DNA of 32,000 nucleotides from Candidatus Methylomirabilis oxygeniifera (GCA_000091165.1 FP565575.1:2670001-2702000); one strand, 5' to 3'; shown: positions 1 to 9,510, numbered from the stretch's first letter. The notes: generated by a model from the letters alone, not told the origin. Program-made: numbers and translations.

Positions 1-172
1 TATTCACGTTCAAGAGCGGCAGGGACTATATCCTGTGGAAGATCGAACGACATTCCGGCATGAAAGTAGAAGTGCCGCCGTTCTACGAGCGTTACCCATG
101 GTTCGCAACGGCGTTGATCCTCGGAAGGCTCTATCGGCGCGGGGCGTTCCGTTAGGGGACGATCGGTCAGCC

Positions 173-688
173 ATGAATCGCGTACCGGCTATCTTATCCA
201 GCCTTTTGCTCGCGTACCTGCTCTTACTGCCATGGAATGTGCAAGCCCTGATCGAAGCAACCGAGGGGGCATGCACCCGCACTTCCGCCGCCATCGATGT
301 TCGAGTACAGGGGGTGAGGAGCGATCGCGGCAACATTATGTTCGTCCTGTACGGCGACAATCCAGACGATTTTCTGGTAAAAGGGAAGAGGATCTTTAAG
401 CAACAGTTTGCCGCGAAGCGCGGAACCGTGGCGTTCTGCGTGATCGTCCAAAAGGCGGGCGCCTATGCCGCCAGTGTGTACCACGATGAAAACGGCAACA
501 AGAAATTTGATAGGAACTGGATCGGAATACCCGCCGAGGGCGCCGGTTTCTCGAATAATCCCACGCTGCTGTTAGGCCCACCCAGCCATGCGCAAGCGGC
601 GTTTCAGGTCTCGAACGGCCCCAAGCGCGTGGAGATCCAGCTCAATTATTCCATCGTATCCGGACGACAAAGCCCTAATCTGCCATAG
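173..688 (+). CDS. DUF2141-family secreted protein
   Basis: Within ORF 35..688. Internal ATG at 173 begins a signal peptide (MNRVPAILSSLLLAYLLLLPWNVQA). HDENGNKKFDRNWIGIPAEGAGFSNN matches the DUF2141 signature as I recall it. Confidence 0.7.
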   Translation: MNRVPAILSSLLLAYLLLLPWNVQALIEATEGACTRTSAAIDVRVQGVRSDRGNIMFVLYGDNPDDFLVKGKRIFKQQFAAKRGTVAFCVIVQKAGAYAASVYHDENGNKKFDRNWIGIPAEGAGFSNNPTLLLGPPSHAQAAFQVSNGPKRVEIQLNYSIVSGRQSPNLP

Positions 689-968
689 TCAAGGACCGGT
701 CGCTTTCGAAGTTGAAGATTGCCCCATATTCCAAAGTAGATTATCAACATGCACCAAAAGTATATGAATGGCGGCGCAGGAGCTCCGGTACATGTTGGAG
801 AGGTTCAGTCCTCTGGCCGGAGGAATGAAGGTGTTACCGAAAGGTCATCTGCTTGCCGTTATCTCGATATGGGCGGGTAGGTATTAGGTTCCCCCGCGTA
901 CACTCCTTATTTCCGGGGAGAGGCGCACCCCGGCTGGCGAACGAGACGACTGCGCCCCACTATGGCTC

Positions 969-992
969 GCGGGCCGCACGGCCCGCCTTTTT
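969..992 (+). terminator. Intrinsic-terminator-like hairpin (GCGGGCC-GCAC-GGCCCGC then C+TTTTT) just upstream of the RBS of the 1007 gene
   Basis: Perfect 7-bp GC stem 969-975/980-986, 4-nt loop, T5 run 988-992. GGAGG at 995-999 and ATG at 1007 follow. Confidence 0.45.
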
Positions 993-1006
993 ACGGAGGC
1001 TCCATA

Positions 1007-1450
1007 ATGTTGCAACAATGGGTGAGACTCGCTCTACTCCTCGCTTTGGTTGTGATGCTCCCACTTCTCGATCCGAATCCTGCACTTGCCGGTCAGGAGA
1101 TCACGGCCGCAGTCGCCTATGCGGGGAGCCCATCCTTTGCGGATACCATGGCAAATTCCCGAACTACTTTCGCCTCCAGCGACGGCATCAGCTTTGCGGC
1201 ATTCATCGATACCGATGGCCTGTCTTGGTCCTCAGTAACCATACAGGCGTATATCTTCGACCAACTGGGTAAACTGCGACATGTGGAAACCACCTCGTTT
1301 AGCAACTCGTTTAGTGGAGGGCTCTGGCGTTTGGGAGTGACCGTGGGCGCTGGAATACTTCCGACCGGACAGTATCGGTGGCTGGTGGCCGTGATCGGGA
1401 ATGACGGGACCACCTTTGCCTCGACGCTTCAACCTCTCGTAATTCAGTAG
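1007..1450 (+). CDS. Hypothetical secreted protein
   Basis: ORF 962..1450. Internal ATG 1007 is preceded by GGAGG (7-nt spacing) and starts a signal peptide (MLQQWVRLALLLALVVMLPLLDPNPALAGQ). No family recognised. Confidence 0.55.
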   Translation: MLQQWVRLALLLALVVMLPLLDPNPALAGQEITAAVAYAGSPSFADTMANSRTTFASSDGISFAAFIDTDGLSWSSVTIQAYIFDQLGKLRHVETTSFSNSFSGGLWRLGVTVGAGILPTGQYRWLVAVIGNDGTTFASTLQPLVIQ

Positions 1451-1778
1451 CGGGGAGCGTAGTTGGGCTAATGAGGGTACAACAACACGAGCTGCCGGCA
1501 ATGCTCGCGCATGTACATCGTCACATGGCCCTTGTGGAGTAAGAGTTCGTTCCTCACCGCGGGCCAATCGTATCCTGGAGGCGACAATACGACGCGACTC
1601 AGTAGTACCCGGTTCATTTTAAGTACAACTTACGCAGAGTTTTTATTGATGGGGATTTCCGAGCATGTCAAGGTGTAAACCATTTCGAGCTACGTCAGAA
1701 AACTGTATCCTTATAACACAAGAAGTTACAAACCTCGAAATGCTGATGTTACATTTAACCGGACACTACTGGACGCGG

Positions 1779-1880
1779 CTATTTAATGAATATCGCGAAG
1801 ATCGCTCCGATAATGAGGAGAGCGATCAATGCCACGAACGGAAGAAGCAGCAGTGGGTAATCTCGAAGCTTGAGGCGCAT
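1779..1880 (-). CDS. Possible 33-aa hydrophobic single-TM peptide (MRLKLRDYPLLLLPFVALIALLIIGAIFAIFIK)
   Basis: Hand-translated; below the ORF-track length cutoff. ATG at 1880 is preceded by GGAG with 5-nt spacing. It sits in a visibly AT-rich patch. Confidence 0.25.
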   Translation of the reverse strand: MRLKLRDYPLLLLPFVALIALLIIGAIFAIFIK

Positions 1881-2045
1881 ACGATCTCCGAAGCTAAATA
1901 TTTAAGTGCTGTAGGCTGGGATGAGTGATGCGAATCCCGGCAGTTGGCTTACTTCCATCGATACGCCGCAACGTCCGGTGATACCGCCAAGGTCATTGAG
2001 CCAAGTTTCTCGTCTCAACCCAGACCTACTTGGCCTATTTGCTTA

Positions 2046-3578
2046 CTACCACCCGGTACGGCGGTCCAGGGTGCGGTACTGGATGGCCTCGGCCAGATGG
2101 TCGGTCCGGATCGTCTCGTGACCTTCGAGGTCGGCAATAGTACGAGCCACCTTGAGGATCCGATCGTGTGCCCGCGCGGACAGCCCGAGCCGCTCGATGG
2201 CGGTTTCCAGGAGCGCCTGTCCATCGGGTCCGATCTGACAGTGCCGCCGAAGCTGCTTCACGCCCATCTGGGCGTTACAGAAGGTCCGGGTTCGCCTGAA
2301 CCGCTCCTGCTGGAGAGCCCTGGCCTCCTTCACTCGCTCTCGTACCTGCTCAGAGGGTTCCCCCTGGGAATCGGTCGTAATTTCCCGATAACGCAGCGGC
2401 GGTACATCGAGGTGCAGGTCGATCCGGTCCAGCAGCGGGCCGGAAATCCGCGACCGGTACCGCTGAATCTGTGGAGGGGAGCAGGTGCACGGTCGCTGCG
2501 GGTCGGTGAAGTAGCCGCATGGGCAGGGATTCATGGCAGCGACTAGCATGAAACGAGCCGGATAGGTGACGGAAGTCGCCGCGCGCGCGATGGTCACCGT
2601 GCCGTCCTCCAGCGGCTGACGCAACACCTCCAGAACCGACCGCTTGAACTCCGGCAGTTCATCCAGGAAGAGAACCCCGTGGTGTGCCAGACTTACCTCG
2701 CCTGGGCGCGGGTTCGTGCCGCCGCCGATCAGCCCGGCATCCGAGATGGTGTGGTGAGGCGCCCGGAAGGGTCGCGTCGCGACCAGCGCCGCACGGGAAG
2801 GTACAAGGCCGCAGATGGAATGGATCTTTGTCACCTCGATCGCTTCCTCCAGGATCAGATCGGGCAGGATAGTGCCGAGTCGTTTGGCAAGCATCGTCTT
2901 GCCGGAGCCGGGCGGTCCGATGAAGAGGATGTTGTGGCCGCCGGCCGCCGCCACCTCAAGTGCCCGCTTTGCGTGGGCCTGTCCTTTCACATCGGCCAGA
3001 TCGACGCCGTAGCCGGCGTGCTGCGCAAAGACCTCCTGGAGATCGACCCGCGTGGGCGAAATCTCCTGCGCGCCGTTCAGAAACTCCACCACCTGCGGCA
3101 ACGTCTCAACCCCGAAGACCTGGATCCCCTCCACCACGGCCGCCTCTGGGGCATTCTCTGCAGGCAGGACCATCCCGGTCAATCGGGTGCGTGCGGCCGC
3201 GACCGCCATCGGCAGGGCGCCGTTGACCCCCCTGATACCGCCGTCCAGCGCCAATTCGCTCAGAAGCAGATGGTTCTGGAGCCGATCGGATTTAATCAGG
3301 CCTATGGCCGCCAGGATGGCGCAGGCGATAGGGAGGTCGAAACAGGCGCCCTCCTTCTTGATGTCGGCCGGCGCCAGGTTGACGGTGATCCGTCGTGCGG
3401 GAAAGTCGAAGCCGCAGTTCTTAATAGCTGCCCTCACCCGGTCACGGCTCTCTTTGACCGCCGCATCCGGCAGCCCGACGGTGTTGAAGTTGGGCAGGCC
3501 CTGGGCGATGTCGACCTCTACATCGACCAGATAGGCCTCGACCCCCAGCACTGCACTGGATAACACCTTGGCCAGCAT
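2046..3578 (-). CDS. comM: YifB/ComM-family Mg-chelatase-like ATPase
   Basis: ORF 2046..3668. Likely start is the internal ATG at 3578 ([16 protein letters not shown], the usual family N-terminus). Walker [17 protein letters not shown]. About 510 aa, as typical. Confidence 0.9.
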   Translation of the reverse strand: MLAKVLSSAVLGVEAYLVDVEVDIAQGLPNFNTVGLPDAAVKESRDRVRAAIKNCGFDFPARRITVNLAPADIKKEGACFDLPIACAILAAIGLIKSDRLQNHLLLSELALDGGIRGVNGALPMAVAAARTRLTGMVLPAENAPEAAVVEGIQVFGVETLPQVVEFLNGAQEISPTRVDLQEVFAQHAGYGVDLADVKGQAHAKRALEVAAAGGHNILFIGPPGSGKTMLAKRLGTILPDLILEEAIEVTKIHSICGLVPSRAALVATRPFRAPHHTISDAGLIGGGTNPRPGEVSLAHHGVLFLDELPEFKRSVLEVLRQPLEDGTVTIARAATSVTYPARFMLVAAMNPCPCGYFTDPQRPCTCSPPQIQRYRSRISGPLLDRIDLHLDVPPLRYREITTDSQGEPSEQVRERVKEARALQQERFRRTRTFCNAQMGVKQLRRHCQIGPDGQALLETAIERLGLSARAHDRILKVARTIADLEGHETIRTDHLAEAIQYRTLDRRTGW

Positions 3579-3588
3579 TCTGTCTCCG

Positions 3589-3978
3589 TCAAAAGAGGGC
3601 GGTTCCCTCACTGCCGAACGCATCCCGGATGAGAAGGATCTCAGGTCGCCCTGCCTGACTCCCTGCAAACGTTACGGCGACAACATCGAAGCGGCACGCT
3701 GCCCTAGAGAGTCTGTGACGCTGCAAAAACAGCTCCGCTACCTTGACGATCTGGTGCTGCTTCCGACGTGTGACCGAGGCTTGCGGCGGACCGAACTCTC
3801 CCGACGTGCGTGTCTTGACCTCTACGAATACCACGACGCCGCCGTCCTGCGCAATCAGGTCGATCTCGCCCAGTGGAGTTGCGTAGTTCTCGTGGAGGAT
3901 CCGGAATCCTTTGGCCTGCAGATACGCCTTCGCTGCGTGCTCTCCCTCTGCTCCCAGAGCCGACCGTCCGGTCGTCAT
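3589..3978 (-). CDS. yraN: YraN-family (UPF0102) endonuclease
   Basis: [21 protein letters not shown] motif. ATG at 3978 has GGAGG 7 nt upstream and lies 13 nt after the rnhB stop. Alternative start at 4011 would overlap rnhB. Confidence 0.85.
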   Translation of the reverse strand: MTTGRSALGAEGEHAAKAYLQAKGFRILHENYATPLGEIDLIAQDGGVVVFVEVKTRTSGEFGPPQASVTRRKQHQIVKVAELFLQRHRLSRAACRFDVVAVTFAGSQAGRPEILLIRDAFGSEGTALF

Positions 3979-3991
3979 CCGCAGGCCTCCG

Positions 3992-4627
3992 TTACACGTA
4001 TTCCCGGACACCTTTGAAGCTTTTCCGATGGATAGGGCTCACACCGAACCGCGCAATGGTCGACAGATGTTCCGAGGTCCCGTACCCTTTGTGTCGGCCG
4101 AAGCCGTAGTGCGGGAGCGCCAGGTCGTACGCCCGCATGATCCGGTCCCGGGCAACCTTCGCAAGGATGGATGCCGCAGAGATGGAGAAGCAAAGACGAT
4201 CCCCGGAAGGGATCAATCGACAAGGGATGGCGCAGCGTGGGGATTGGTCGCCGTCGATCAGGACGAAACCGGGGGGTGGGTTCAACGCCTCGACGGCGCG
4301 CCGCATGGCAAGCATTGTTGCCTGGAGGATATTGAGGGCATCGATCATCTCCTCCTGGACCACGCCGAAGCCGACGGCGACCGCTTCGGACATGATCGCC
4401 AGGTCGAGTCGCTCGCGTTGCTGCGCGCTGAGCGCCTTGGAGTCATCCACCCCTTTGATCGCACACGTCGGCGAAAGAATCACGGCGGCAGCGACGACCG
4501 GCCCGGCCAGCGACCCGCGACCGGCCTCATCAACCCCCGCAATAAGGCGATACCCCGCAGCACGGAGACACGATTCCATCTCTACGGGCGGTACCGCAGC
4601 GATCCTCTTTACGTCAATACCGTTCAC
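3992..4627 (-). CDS. rnhB: Ribonuclease HII
   Basis: IAGVDEAGRGSLAGPVVAAAVIL catalytic motif. GTG start at 4627; alternative ATG at 4579. Confidence 0.9.
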   Translation of the reverse strand: MNGIDVKRIAAVPPVEMESCLRAAGYRLIAGVDEAGRGSLAGPVVAAAVILSPTCAIKGVDDSKALSAQQRERLDLAIMSEAVAVGFGVVQEEMIDALNILQATMLAMRRAVEALNPPPGFVLIDGDQSPRCAIPCRLIPSGDRLCFSISAASILAKVARDRIMRAYDLALPHYGFGRHKGYGTSEHLSTIARFGVSPIHRKSFKGVREYV

Positions 4628-4632
4628 TGTAG

Positions 4633-4699
4633 CCGTTCATGGTGAGCCCGTCGAACCAGGCACGGGAAAGCCGCCCTTCGACAAGCTCAGGGTGAACGG
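4633..4699. repeat. REP-like imperfect palindrome between rnhB and rplS
   Basis: Arms CCGTTCATGGTGAGCCCGTCGAA (4633-4655) and TTCGACAAGCTCAGGGTGAACGG (4677-4699) pair at 18 of 23 positions around a 21-nt loop. Confidence 0.6.
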
Positions 4700-4749
4700 A
4701 TTCGTGGGTGTAGTTATGAAGCGTTGCACGAAGTGAACAGAATTGCTCT

Positions 4750-5097
4750 TTACCTCAGCTTGCGCTCTGAGATCCGAGCGGCCTTGCCCTTCAGCTTCCG
4801 CAGGTAGTAGAGTTTGGCTCGACGGACACGACCCCGTCTTGTGCACTCGATCTTCTCGATCATAGGGGAATGGACAGGGAAGATGCGCTCCACGCCGACA
4901 CCGTACGTCACCTTGCGGACCGTAAAGGTGGCGCCAAGGCCGCTGCCGCGTTTGCGAATGACTGTCCCTTCAAAGGCCTGGAGTCGTTCCTTGTCCCCTT
5001 CCCGCACCTTCACCTGCACCTTAATCGTGTCGCCGGGCGAGAAGCTCAGGGTCTGCGCCTTCAGCGAGGGTACTTCGACGCTTCTGATGACATCCAT
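4750..5097 (-). CDS. rplS: 50S ribosomal protein L19
   Basis: MDVIRSVE...[32 protein letters not shown] at 5097 preceded by GGAGGCGGCAAT. The ORF-track start at 5169 is an upstream extension. Confidence 0.95.
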   Translation of the reverse strand: MDVIRSVEVPSLKAQTLSFSPGDTIKVQVKVREGDKERLQAFEGTVIRKRGSGLGATFTVRKVTYGVGVERIFPVHSPMIEKIECTRRGRVRRAKLYYLRKLKGKAARISERKLR

Positions 5098-5165
5098 ATT
5101 GCCGCCTCCACCGTACAAAACGTGCGAGCTATTTCGCACCGTACCAAAATCGACTCTCGAATCGT

Positions 5166-5906
5166 TCAACCGGTCCCTTGTTCTTCTTCGATCTCTCTCA
5201 GGAGATCACGATCCTCTTCGCTCAGCGACGCATGCTGCAGGAGATCGGGCCGACGCACCTTGGTGCGCCGGAGGGCTTCCTTCCGACGCCACCGCCTGAT
5301 CCGCTCATGGTCGCCGGACAACAACACGTCAGGAACCGCAAGCCCCTGCACATTCGGTGGCCGTGTATACTGTGGAAAGTCCAGCAACGCGTCCACAAAT
5401 GAGTCGTACCGGGCCGAGTCTTCATCGCCCAGCGCGCCGGGCAGTAACCGGATCACGGCATCCAGGAGCACAAGCGCCGGCAACTCTCCCCCTGTCAGGA
5501 CGTAGTCTCCAATCGAAATCTCGTCGGGCGACAGGAGGTCTCTCACCCGCTCATCGAACCCCTCGTACCGGCCGCAGACTAACAGCAGGTGCCGGTGCTC
5601 GATAAGCTCTCGGGCAATTGCCTGCTTAAACGGGCGACCCTGTGGGGTCAGGAGGACCAGATAAGACTCCGGTCCCTGTCGGAGGCTCTCGACCGCCTCA
5701 AAGATCGGCTCGGGTTTGAGCACCATGCCGGCGCCGCCCCCGTACGGCCGATCATCCACGACGGCATGGCGATCATGCGTATAGCCCCGAAGATCGTGAA
5801 CTGTGATCTGCACGATGCCGCGCTGCTGGGCTCGCTTGAGGATGCTTTCCGACAGAGGTCCCTGAAAAAAGCCAGGGAAGAGGGTGAGGATATCATATCG
5901 CCTCAG
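5166..5906 (-). CDS. trmD: tRNA (guanine37-N1)-methyltransferase TrmD; non-canonical start
   Basis: Conserved N-terminus [25 protein letters not shown] lies in frame upstream of the track's GTG at 5813. An in-frame stop sits at 5913-5915. No ATG/GTG/TTG lies between, so CTG at 5906 is the most plausible start. Confidence 0.85.
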   Translation of the reverse strand: MRRYDILTLFPGFFQGPLSESILKRAQQRGIVQITVHDLRGYTHDRHAVVDDRPYGGGAGMVLKPEPIFEAVESLRQGPESYLVLLTPQGRPFKQAIARELIEHRHLLLVCGRYEGFDERVRDLLSPDEISIGDYVLTGGELPALVLLDAVIRLLPGALGDEDSARYDSFVDALLDFPQYTRPPNVQGLAVPDVLLSGDHERIRRWRRKEALRRTKVRRPDLLQHASLSEEDRDLLREIEEEQGTG

Positions 5907-6420
5907 TTTCGATCATCCCTTCCAGGAGATGGATCAGCATCATCTTCCGCGCAAGATCGACCTTTCTCACGACCTCCCTGGTGGCGGGCACCAGCCATTC
6001 GGAACCTCCACCGTGGACCACGTACACATCGTTGGCGCCCGTTTCCAGGATGTCGACGATCCGTCCAAGCTCTCGTCCGTCCTCCGTCACGACCCGAAGG
6101 CCGATGAGATCGGCATGGTAATACGTTCCATCCGGAAGCGTTGGAGCAGTCGATTTGGAGATGAGCAGCTCGCGGCCAACCAGTTGTTCCGCCTGCTCAA
6201 TCGTCTGTACGCCCCGTAACTGTAGAACCCAGGCGCGGCCTACCTGTCGAACCCGCTCTACGACGTACTCGACAAGGTCGCCTGTGGCCGCCCTGAGGTG
6301 CAGGGTCGCCGCCCCTGCTGCAATCACGATCGAGTCGGCGTAGGGCTGTACTTTTACTTCCCCATTCAGCCCCCAAGCCTTGACGACTCTCCCCAGCGCA
6401 AGGTGCGGCGCGTCATTCAC
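5893..6420 (-). CDS. rimM: 16S rRNA processing protein RimM
   Basis: Position between the KH gene and trm[18 protein letters not shown]-terminus and PRC-barrel-like C-terminus. GTG start directly after the KH gene's TAG stop. Confidence 0.9.
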   Translation of the reverse strand: MNDAPHLALGRVVKAWGLNGEVKVQPYADSIVIAAGAATLHLRAATGDLVEYVVERVRQVGRAWVLQLRGVQTIEQAEQLVGRELLISKSTAPTLPDGTYYHADLIGLRVVTEDGRELGRIVDILETGANDVYVVHGGGSEWLVPATREVVRKVDLARKMMLIHLLEGMIETEAI

Positions 6421-6705
6421 CTATTCCAGTATCTCCAGGACGGCCCGGCGCTTCGACCTCGCCGCGATGGCGTGCAACACTGTACGCATCGCCTTGGCGG
6501 TCCGGCCCTGCTTGCCGATGACTCTGCCGACATCGGAGGAGGCCACTCGCAGGCGGAGGACCATCGCGTTATCCTCCTCTGTCGCTTCGACGGTTACCTG
6601 ATCCGGACTGTCCACCAGCGCCCTGGCCATCCGTTCCACCAGCTCTTTGAGTGCCTGCGCTTCCTCCATTGGACTCTGATTCGGAACCGACGGACCGCCT
6701 TCCAT
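6421..6705 (-). CDS. KH-domain RNA-binding protein (UPF0109/YlqC-like)
   Basis: GRVIGKQGRTAKAMRTVL (GXXG KH motif). ATG 6705 preceded by GGAAGGAGG at 5-nt spacing. Confidence 0.85.
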   Translation of the reverse strand: MEGGPSVPNQSPMEEAQALKELVERMARALVDSPDQVTVEATEEDNAMVLRLRVASSDVGRVIGKQGRTAKAMRTVLHAIAARSKRRAVLEILE

Positions 6706-6744
6706 GTGTCCTCCTTCCGGTGCGTTGGCCCAACAACCCCAGCG

Positions 6745-7026
6745 TTATTGGCCCTTGCCGGCGGCTTTCAGCTCAGCCAACTGACGCATGACGCCTGCCC
6801 GACGCAAAAGCTGCCTGGCGCTGTCGGTAGGCTCAGCGCCCCGTTGCAACCAATGCAATGCGCGCTCGGCCTGTACGGACAGCGCAGGCGGATCGCCGTG
6901 AGGATCGTAGGTGCCCAGAGTCTCCAGGACCTTGCCGCCCACCGCGACCGGCGCATCTCCCACCACCAGGCGATAGAAGGGATGCGCCTTAGCCCCCATC
7001 CGCCGCAACTTAATCTTTACGGACAT
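6745..7026 (-). CDS. rpsP: 30S ribosomal protein S16
   Basis: MSVKIKLRRMGAKAHPFYRLVV, the canonical S16 N-terminus. Confidence 0.95.
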   Translation of the reverse strand: MSVKIKLRRMGAKAHPFYRLVVGDAPVAVGGKVLETLGTYDPHGDPPALSVQAERALHWLQRGAEPTDSARQLLRRAGVMRQLAELKAAGKGQ

Positions 7027-7081
7027 ATGTATCTCTCCCTTTTACTCTTCTGCGTCTCCCGCACAGGCAGTCTGCCCGGCG

Positions 7082-8425
7082 TCACACGCCCATGAAGGAC
7101 CGAAGGCGCTTTGCCATTTTTGCCTTCGCCCCGCTACCCCCAGGCATGACCCGTTTCATCAGTTTCCTGGCCTGGACAAACTGTTTGAGCAGACGATTCA
7201 CGTCTGCCACTGATGTGCCGCTTCCGGAGGCGACCCGTTGGCGTCGGCTCCCGTTCAGGATCTCGGGAACCTCCCGCTCCCTCCTGGTCATCGAGTTCAT
7301 AATCGCCTCGGCCCGCTTGAACTCCTGCTCTGCTGAAAAGGTGTCGGCCAGGCCCTTGTGCCGCGACAACCCCGGGATCATCTCCATCACCTGATCGAGG
7401 GGCCCGATATCCTTCAACTGCTGGAGTTGCAGACGAAAATCCTCCAGCGTAAAGCCCTCAGAACGAACCTTCCTGACAAGCTCCTGGGCCTGTTTCTGAT
7501 CGACCCTCGCCTGCGCCTTTTCCACGAGGGTCAGGATATCGCCCATCCCGAGGATCCGGGAAGCCAGTCGTTCGGGGTGGAACGGTTCAAGGGCATCCGG
7601 CTTCTCGCCGACACCGATGAACTTGATCGGCTTTCCCGTGACGGACCTGATCGAGAGGGCTGCGCCGCCTCTGGAATCCCCGTCCAACTTCGTGAGGATG
7701 AACCCTGTCAGGTCAAGATCCGCATTGAACCGGACGGCGGAATTGACCGCATCCTGTCCGGTCATGGCGTCGGCAACCATCAGCCGCTCGGTCGGTCCGG
7801 TGGCCGCGGCGATCGCCACCAGCTCCTGCATCAGCGGCTCATCGATATGGAGTCGCCCGGAGGTGTCAAGAATCACCGGATTCTGCCCGCGCTCCTTCGC
7901 CAGTTTTCTCGCCTCCTGGCACACCTGCAGCGCAGAACCCGGCCCCGCGTATACGGGCACCCCAAGGGCGCGTCCCAACGTCTGGAGCTGCTCCCTGGCC
8001 GCGGGTCGCACGGTATCGGCCGCCACCAGAAGCGGCGACCGCCCTTCCGACACGAACCATCGGGCCAGCTTCGCCGACGTGGTCGTCTTGCCGGATCCAT
8101 GCAGGCCGACCAGCATGATGGTGGTCGGGGAATCCGACGCATAGGTCAGCGGGGCGCGTGTCTTGCCCAGCACCTCGACCAGCTCTTCGTAGACGACCTT
8201 GACGACCTGCTGGCCTGGGGTTAGACTCTCTAACACGTCGCGGCCGACAGCACGTTCGCGGACGCGCTCAATGAATCCCTTGACGACCTTAAAATTGACA
8301 TCGGCTTCGAGGAGCGCAAGTCGCACCTCTCGAAGCGCCTCGGTGATGTTCTCCTCGGTGAGCCGCCCGTGGCCACGAAGCTTTTTCAGGACGCCGCTTA
8401 ATCGTTCTGTGAGCCCTTCAAACAC
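7082..8425 (-). CDS. ffh: Signal recognition particle protein Ffh
   Basis: MFEGLTERLS N-terminus (GTG start), GTPase P-loop LVGLHGSGKTTTSAKLA, Met-rich M-domain C-terminus. Confidence 0.95.
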   Translation of the reverse strand: MFEGLTERLSGVLKKLRGHGRLTEENITEALREVRLALLEADVNFKVVKGFIERVRERAVGRDVLESLTPGQQVVKVVYEELVEVLGKTRAPLTYASDSPTTIMLVGLHGSGKTTTSAKLARWFVSEGRSPLLVAADTVRPAAREQLQTLGRALGVPVYAGPGSALQVCQEARKLAKERGQNPVILDTSGRLHIDEPLMQELVAIAAATGPTERLMVADAMTGQDAVNSAVRFNADLDLTGFILTKLDGDSRGGAALSIRSVTGKPIKFIGVGEKPDALEPFHPERLASRILGMGDILTLVEKAQARVDQKQAQELVRKVRSEGFTLEDFRLQLQQLKDIGPLDQVMEMIPGLSRHKGLADTFSAEQEFKRAEAIMNSMTRREREVPEILNGSRRQRVASGSGTSVADVNRLLKQFVQARKLMKRVMPGGSGAKAKMAKRLRSFMGV

Positions 8426-8454
8426 CTCCCACTCTACTCCTTCCGCAGCGCCTA

Positions 8455-8483
8455 AAAATAGTCCTCTCGCCGCCCCTTGTCAA
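8455..8483 (-). promoter_or_regulatory. Sigma70-like promoter for ffh (TTGACA-17-TATTTT on minus strand)
   Basis: Minus-strand TTGACA = 8478-8483, 17-nt spacer, TATTTT = 8455-8460, about 30 nt upstream of the ffh start. Confidence 0.45.
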
Positions 8484-8502
8484 GGTTAAAACTGCATAAC
8501 TG

Positions 8503-9027
8503 CTAGGGCGCGTGTTGGAGCCGGATCACAGACGTGCCTGCCGGCATGTCGTGCATGGCGCGTTTGTGCCGGGTCCAAGCGATCATCAGAAAACCAAGGC
8601 CGAAAAGCAGCAGCGAGAGCATCCAGCACAGTGAGCGAAGGAATGCCTTGCTGTAGGTTATTTCCCGACCGTCCATTCCGACGACCTTCAGGCGGAAGAG
8701 CATCTTTCCCGGCGTCTGCCCACACGATCCGACGAAGATGGTGAAATACACCACACCGCTGAACAGGACGATGGCCGCGCTTGTATAGCCGGCCAATGCG
8801 ATGACCTGGTCATTGATCTCGCCGCCCAACTGACCGCCGAAATAGATAGTTGTCAACGCAACAAACGTGAGAGCAATGGTAATTAACACGAGGCAGGTAA
8901 GATCGGCGATCCAGGCCGCCAGTCGAATCCAGAATCCGGCCTTACGCTCTTGAGGCCCTGCGATAATCTGCGCACTATCGATCGGTGCGGTAGAATCGCA
9001 GCATTCAACGTCACTCACCGCTCCCAT
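8503..9027 (-). CDS. RDD-family membrane protein
   Basis: ORF 8503..9201. Internal ATG 9027 avoids overlap with the upstream gene. RKAGFWIRLAAWIADL and GQTPGKMLFRLKVV resemble RDD-domain motifs; several TM segments. Confidence 0.7.
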   Translation of the reverse strand: MGAVSDVECCDSTAPIDSAQIIAGPQERKAGFWIRLAAWIADLTCLVLITIALTFVALTTIYFGGQLGGEINDQVIALAGYTSAAIVLFSGVVYFTIFVGSCGQTPGKMLFRLKVVGMDGREITYSKAFLRSLCWMLSLLLFGLGFLMIAWTRHKRAMHDMPAGTSVIRLQHAP

Positions 9028-9044
9028 GAATACCCGCCCACGTC

Positions 9045-9380
9045 TCAGCTCCTGCCTTTGGACACCTGTTCCGCACGCCTGCGTCCATCGGGCGTGTTCG
9101 CCAAAATGAGCGTTGCGCTTCCGCACGCTGGGCATACCTTCTTGCGGGTTGACTGGCGCCACAGGCTGTAGAGAAGGCCGGGAATGATAAACGCCAACCA
9201 CAGTACAATCTCGACGGCAAATGAGCCTTTGGCTTTTGATTGAGGTGTGTCAGTCTGAGCGCCGCAGGTTGTGCAGATCAGGGACTCCTCAGAGCGTCTT
9301 AACGACAGGACGGCGCGCACACCCACCACAAAGATCGCCACGACTGCCAGTAACGGAATCAGCCAACGGAGCACTTCCAT
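9045..9380 (-). CDS. Membrane protein with split CxxC...CxxC zinc-ribbon
   Basis: TM helix, then CTTCG...CPACG flanking a second TM. ATG 9380 (the track's M at 9383 is TTG). GGAGG lies 9 nt upstream. Confidence 0.6.
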   Translation of the reverse strand: MEVLRWLIPLLAVVAIFVVGVRAVLSLRRSEESLICTTCGAQTDTPQSKAKGSFAVEIVLWLAFIIPGLLYSLWRQSTRKKVCPACGSATLILANTPDGRRRAEQVSKGRS

Positions 9381-9481
9381 CAAGATATTCCTCCTTCACT
9401 CCAGCGTAAGGCGCGGTGGGCTTGACGATCATTCGACCGGTCCAGTTGTTCGGACTCGTGAAACATCTAAGAAACGTTGTG

Positions 9482-9510
9482 ATTCTCTCGCCTTTGCGGG
9501 GAGTTGTCAA
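9482..9510 (-). promoter_or_regulatory. Sigma70-like promoter (TTGACA-17-GAGAAT, minus strand)
   Basis: Minus-strand TTGACA = 9505-9510 and GAGAAT = 9482-9487, upstream of the 9380 gene. Part of a 44-nt module repeated at 12092-12135. Confidence 0.4.

Noticed and set aside
900-960. Partial resemblance of the 700-1006 leader to known riboswitches: CTGGCGAAC as in ZTP/pfl, and TAGGTTCC...CCGGGGAGAG as in ykkC/guanidine-I.
   Set aside because: Only short fragments match, in the wrong order or without the partner conserved boxes (no CCGCCTGGGC, no ACACGG..GGGA). The downstream gene is not of the expected functional class.
1665-1928. The 87-aa plus-strand ORF in the AT-rich patch.
   Set aside because: It has no RBS and a charged, low-complexity sequence. 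The minus-strand 33-aa ORF with GGAG is a better, though still weak, model.
5648-5896. ORF starting at the ATG that overlaps the rimM stop ([11 protein letters not shown]...) as the true trmD start or a separate gene.
   Set aside because: It is out of frame with the conserved TrmD sequence, lies entirely inside trmD, and is Ser/Arg-rich low complexity.
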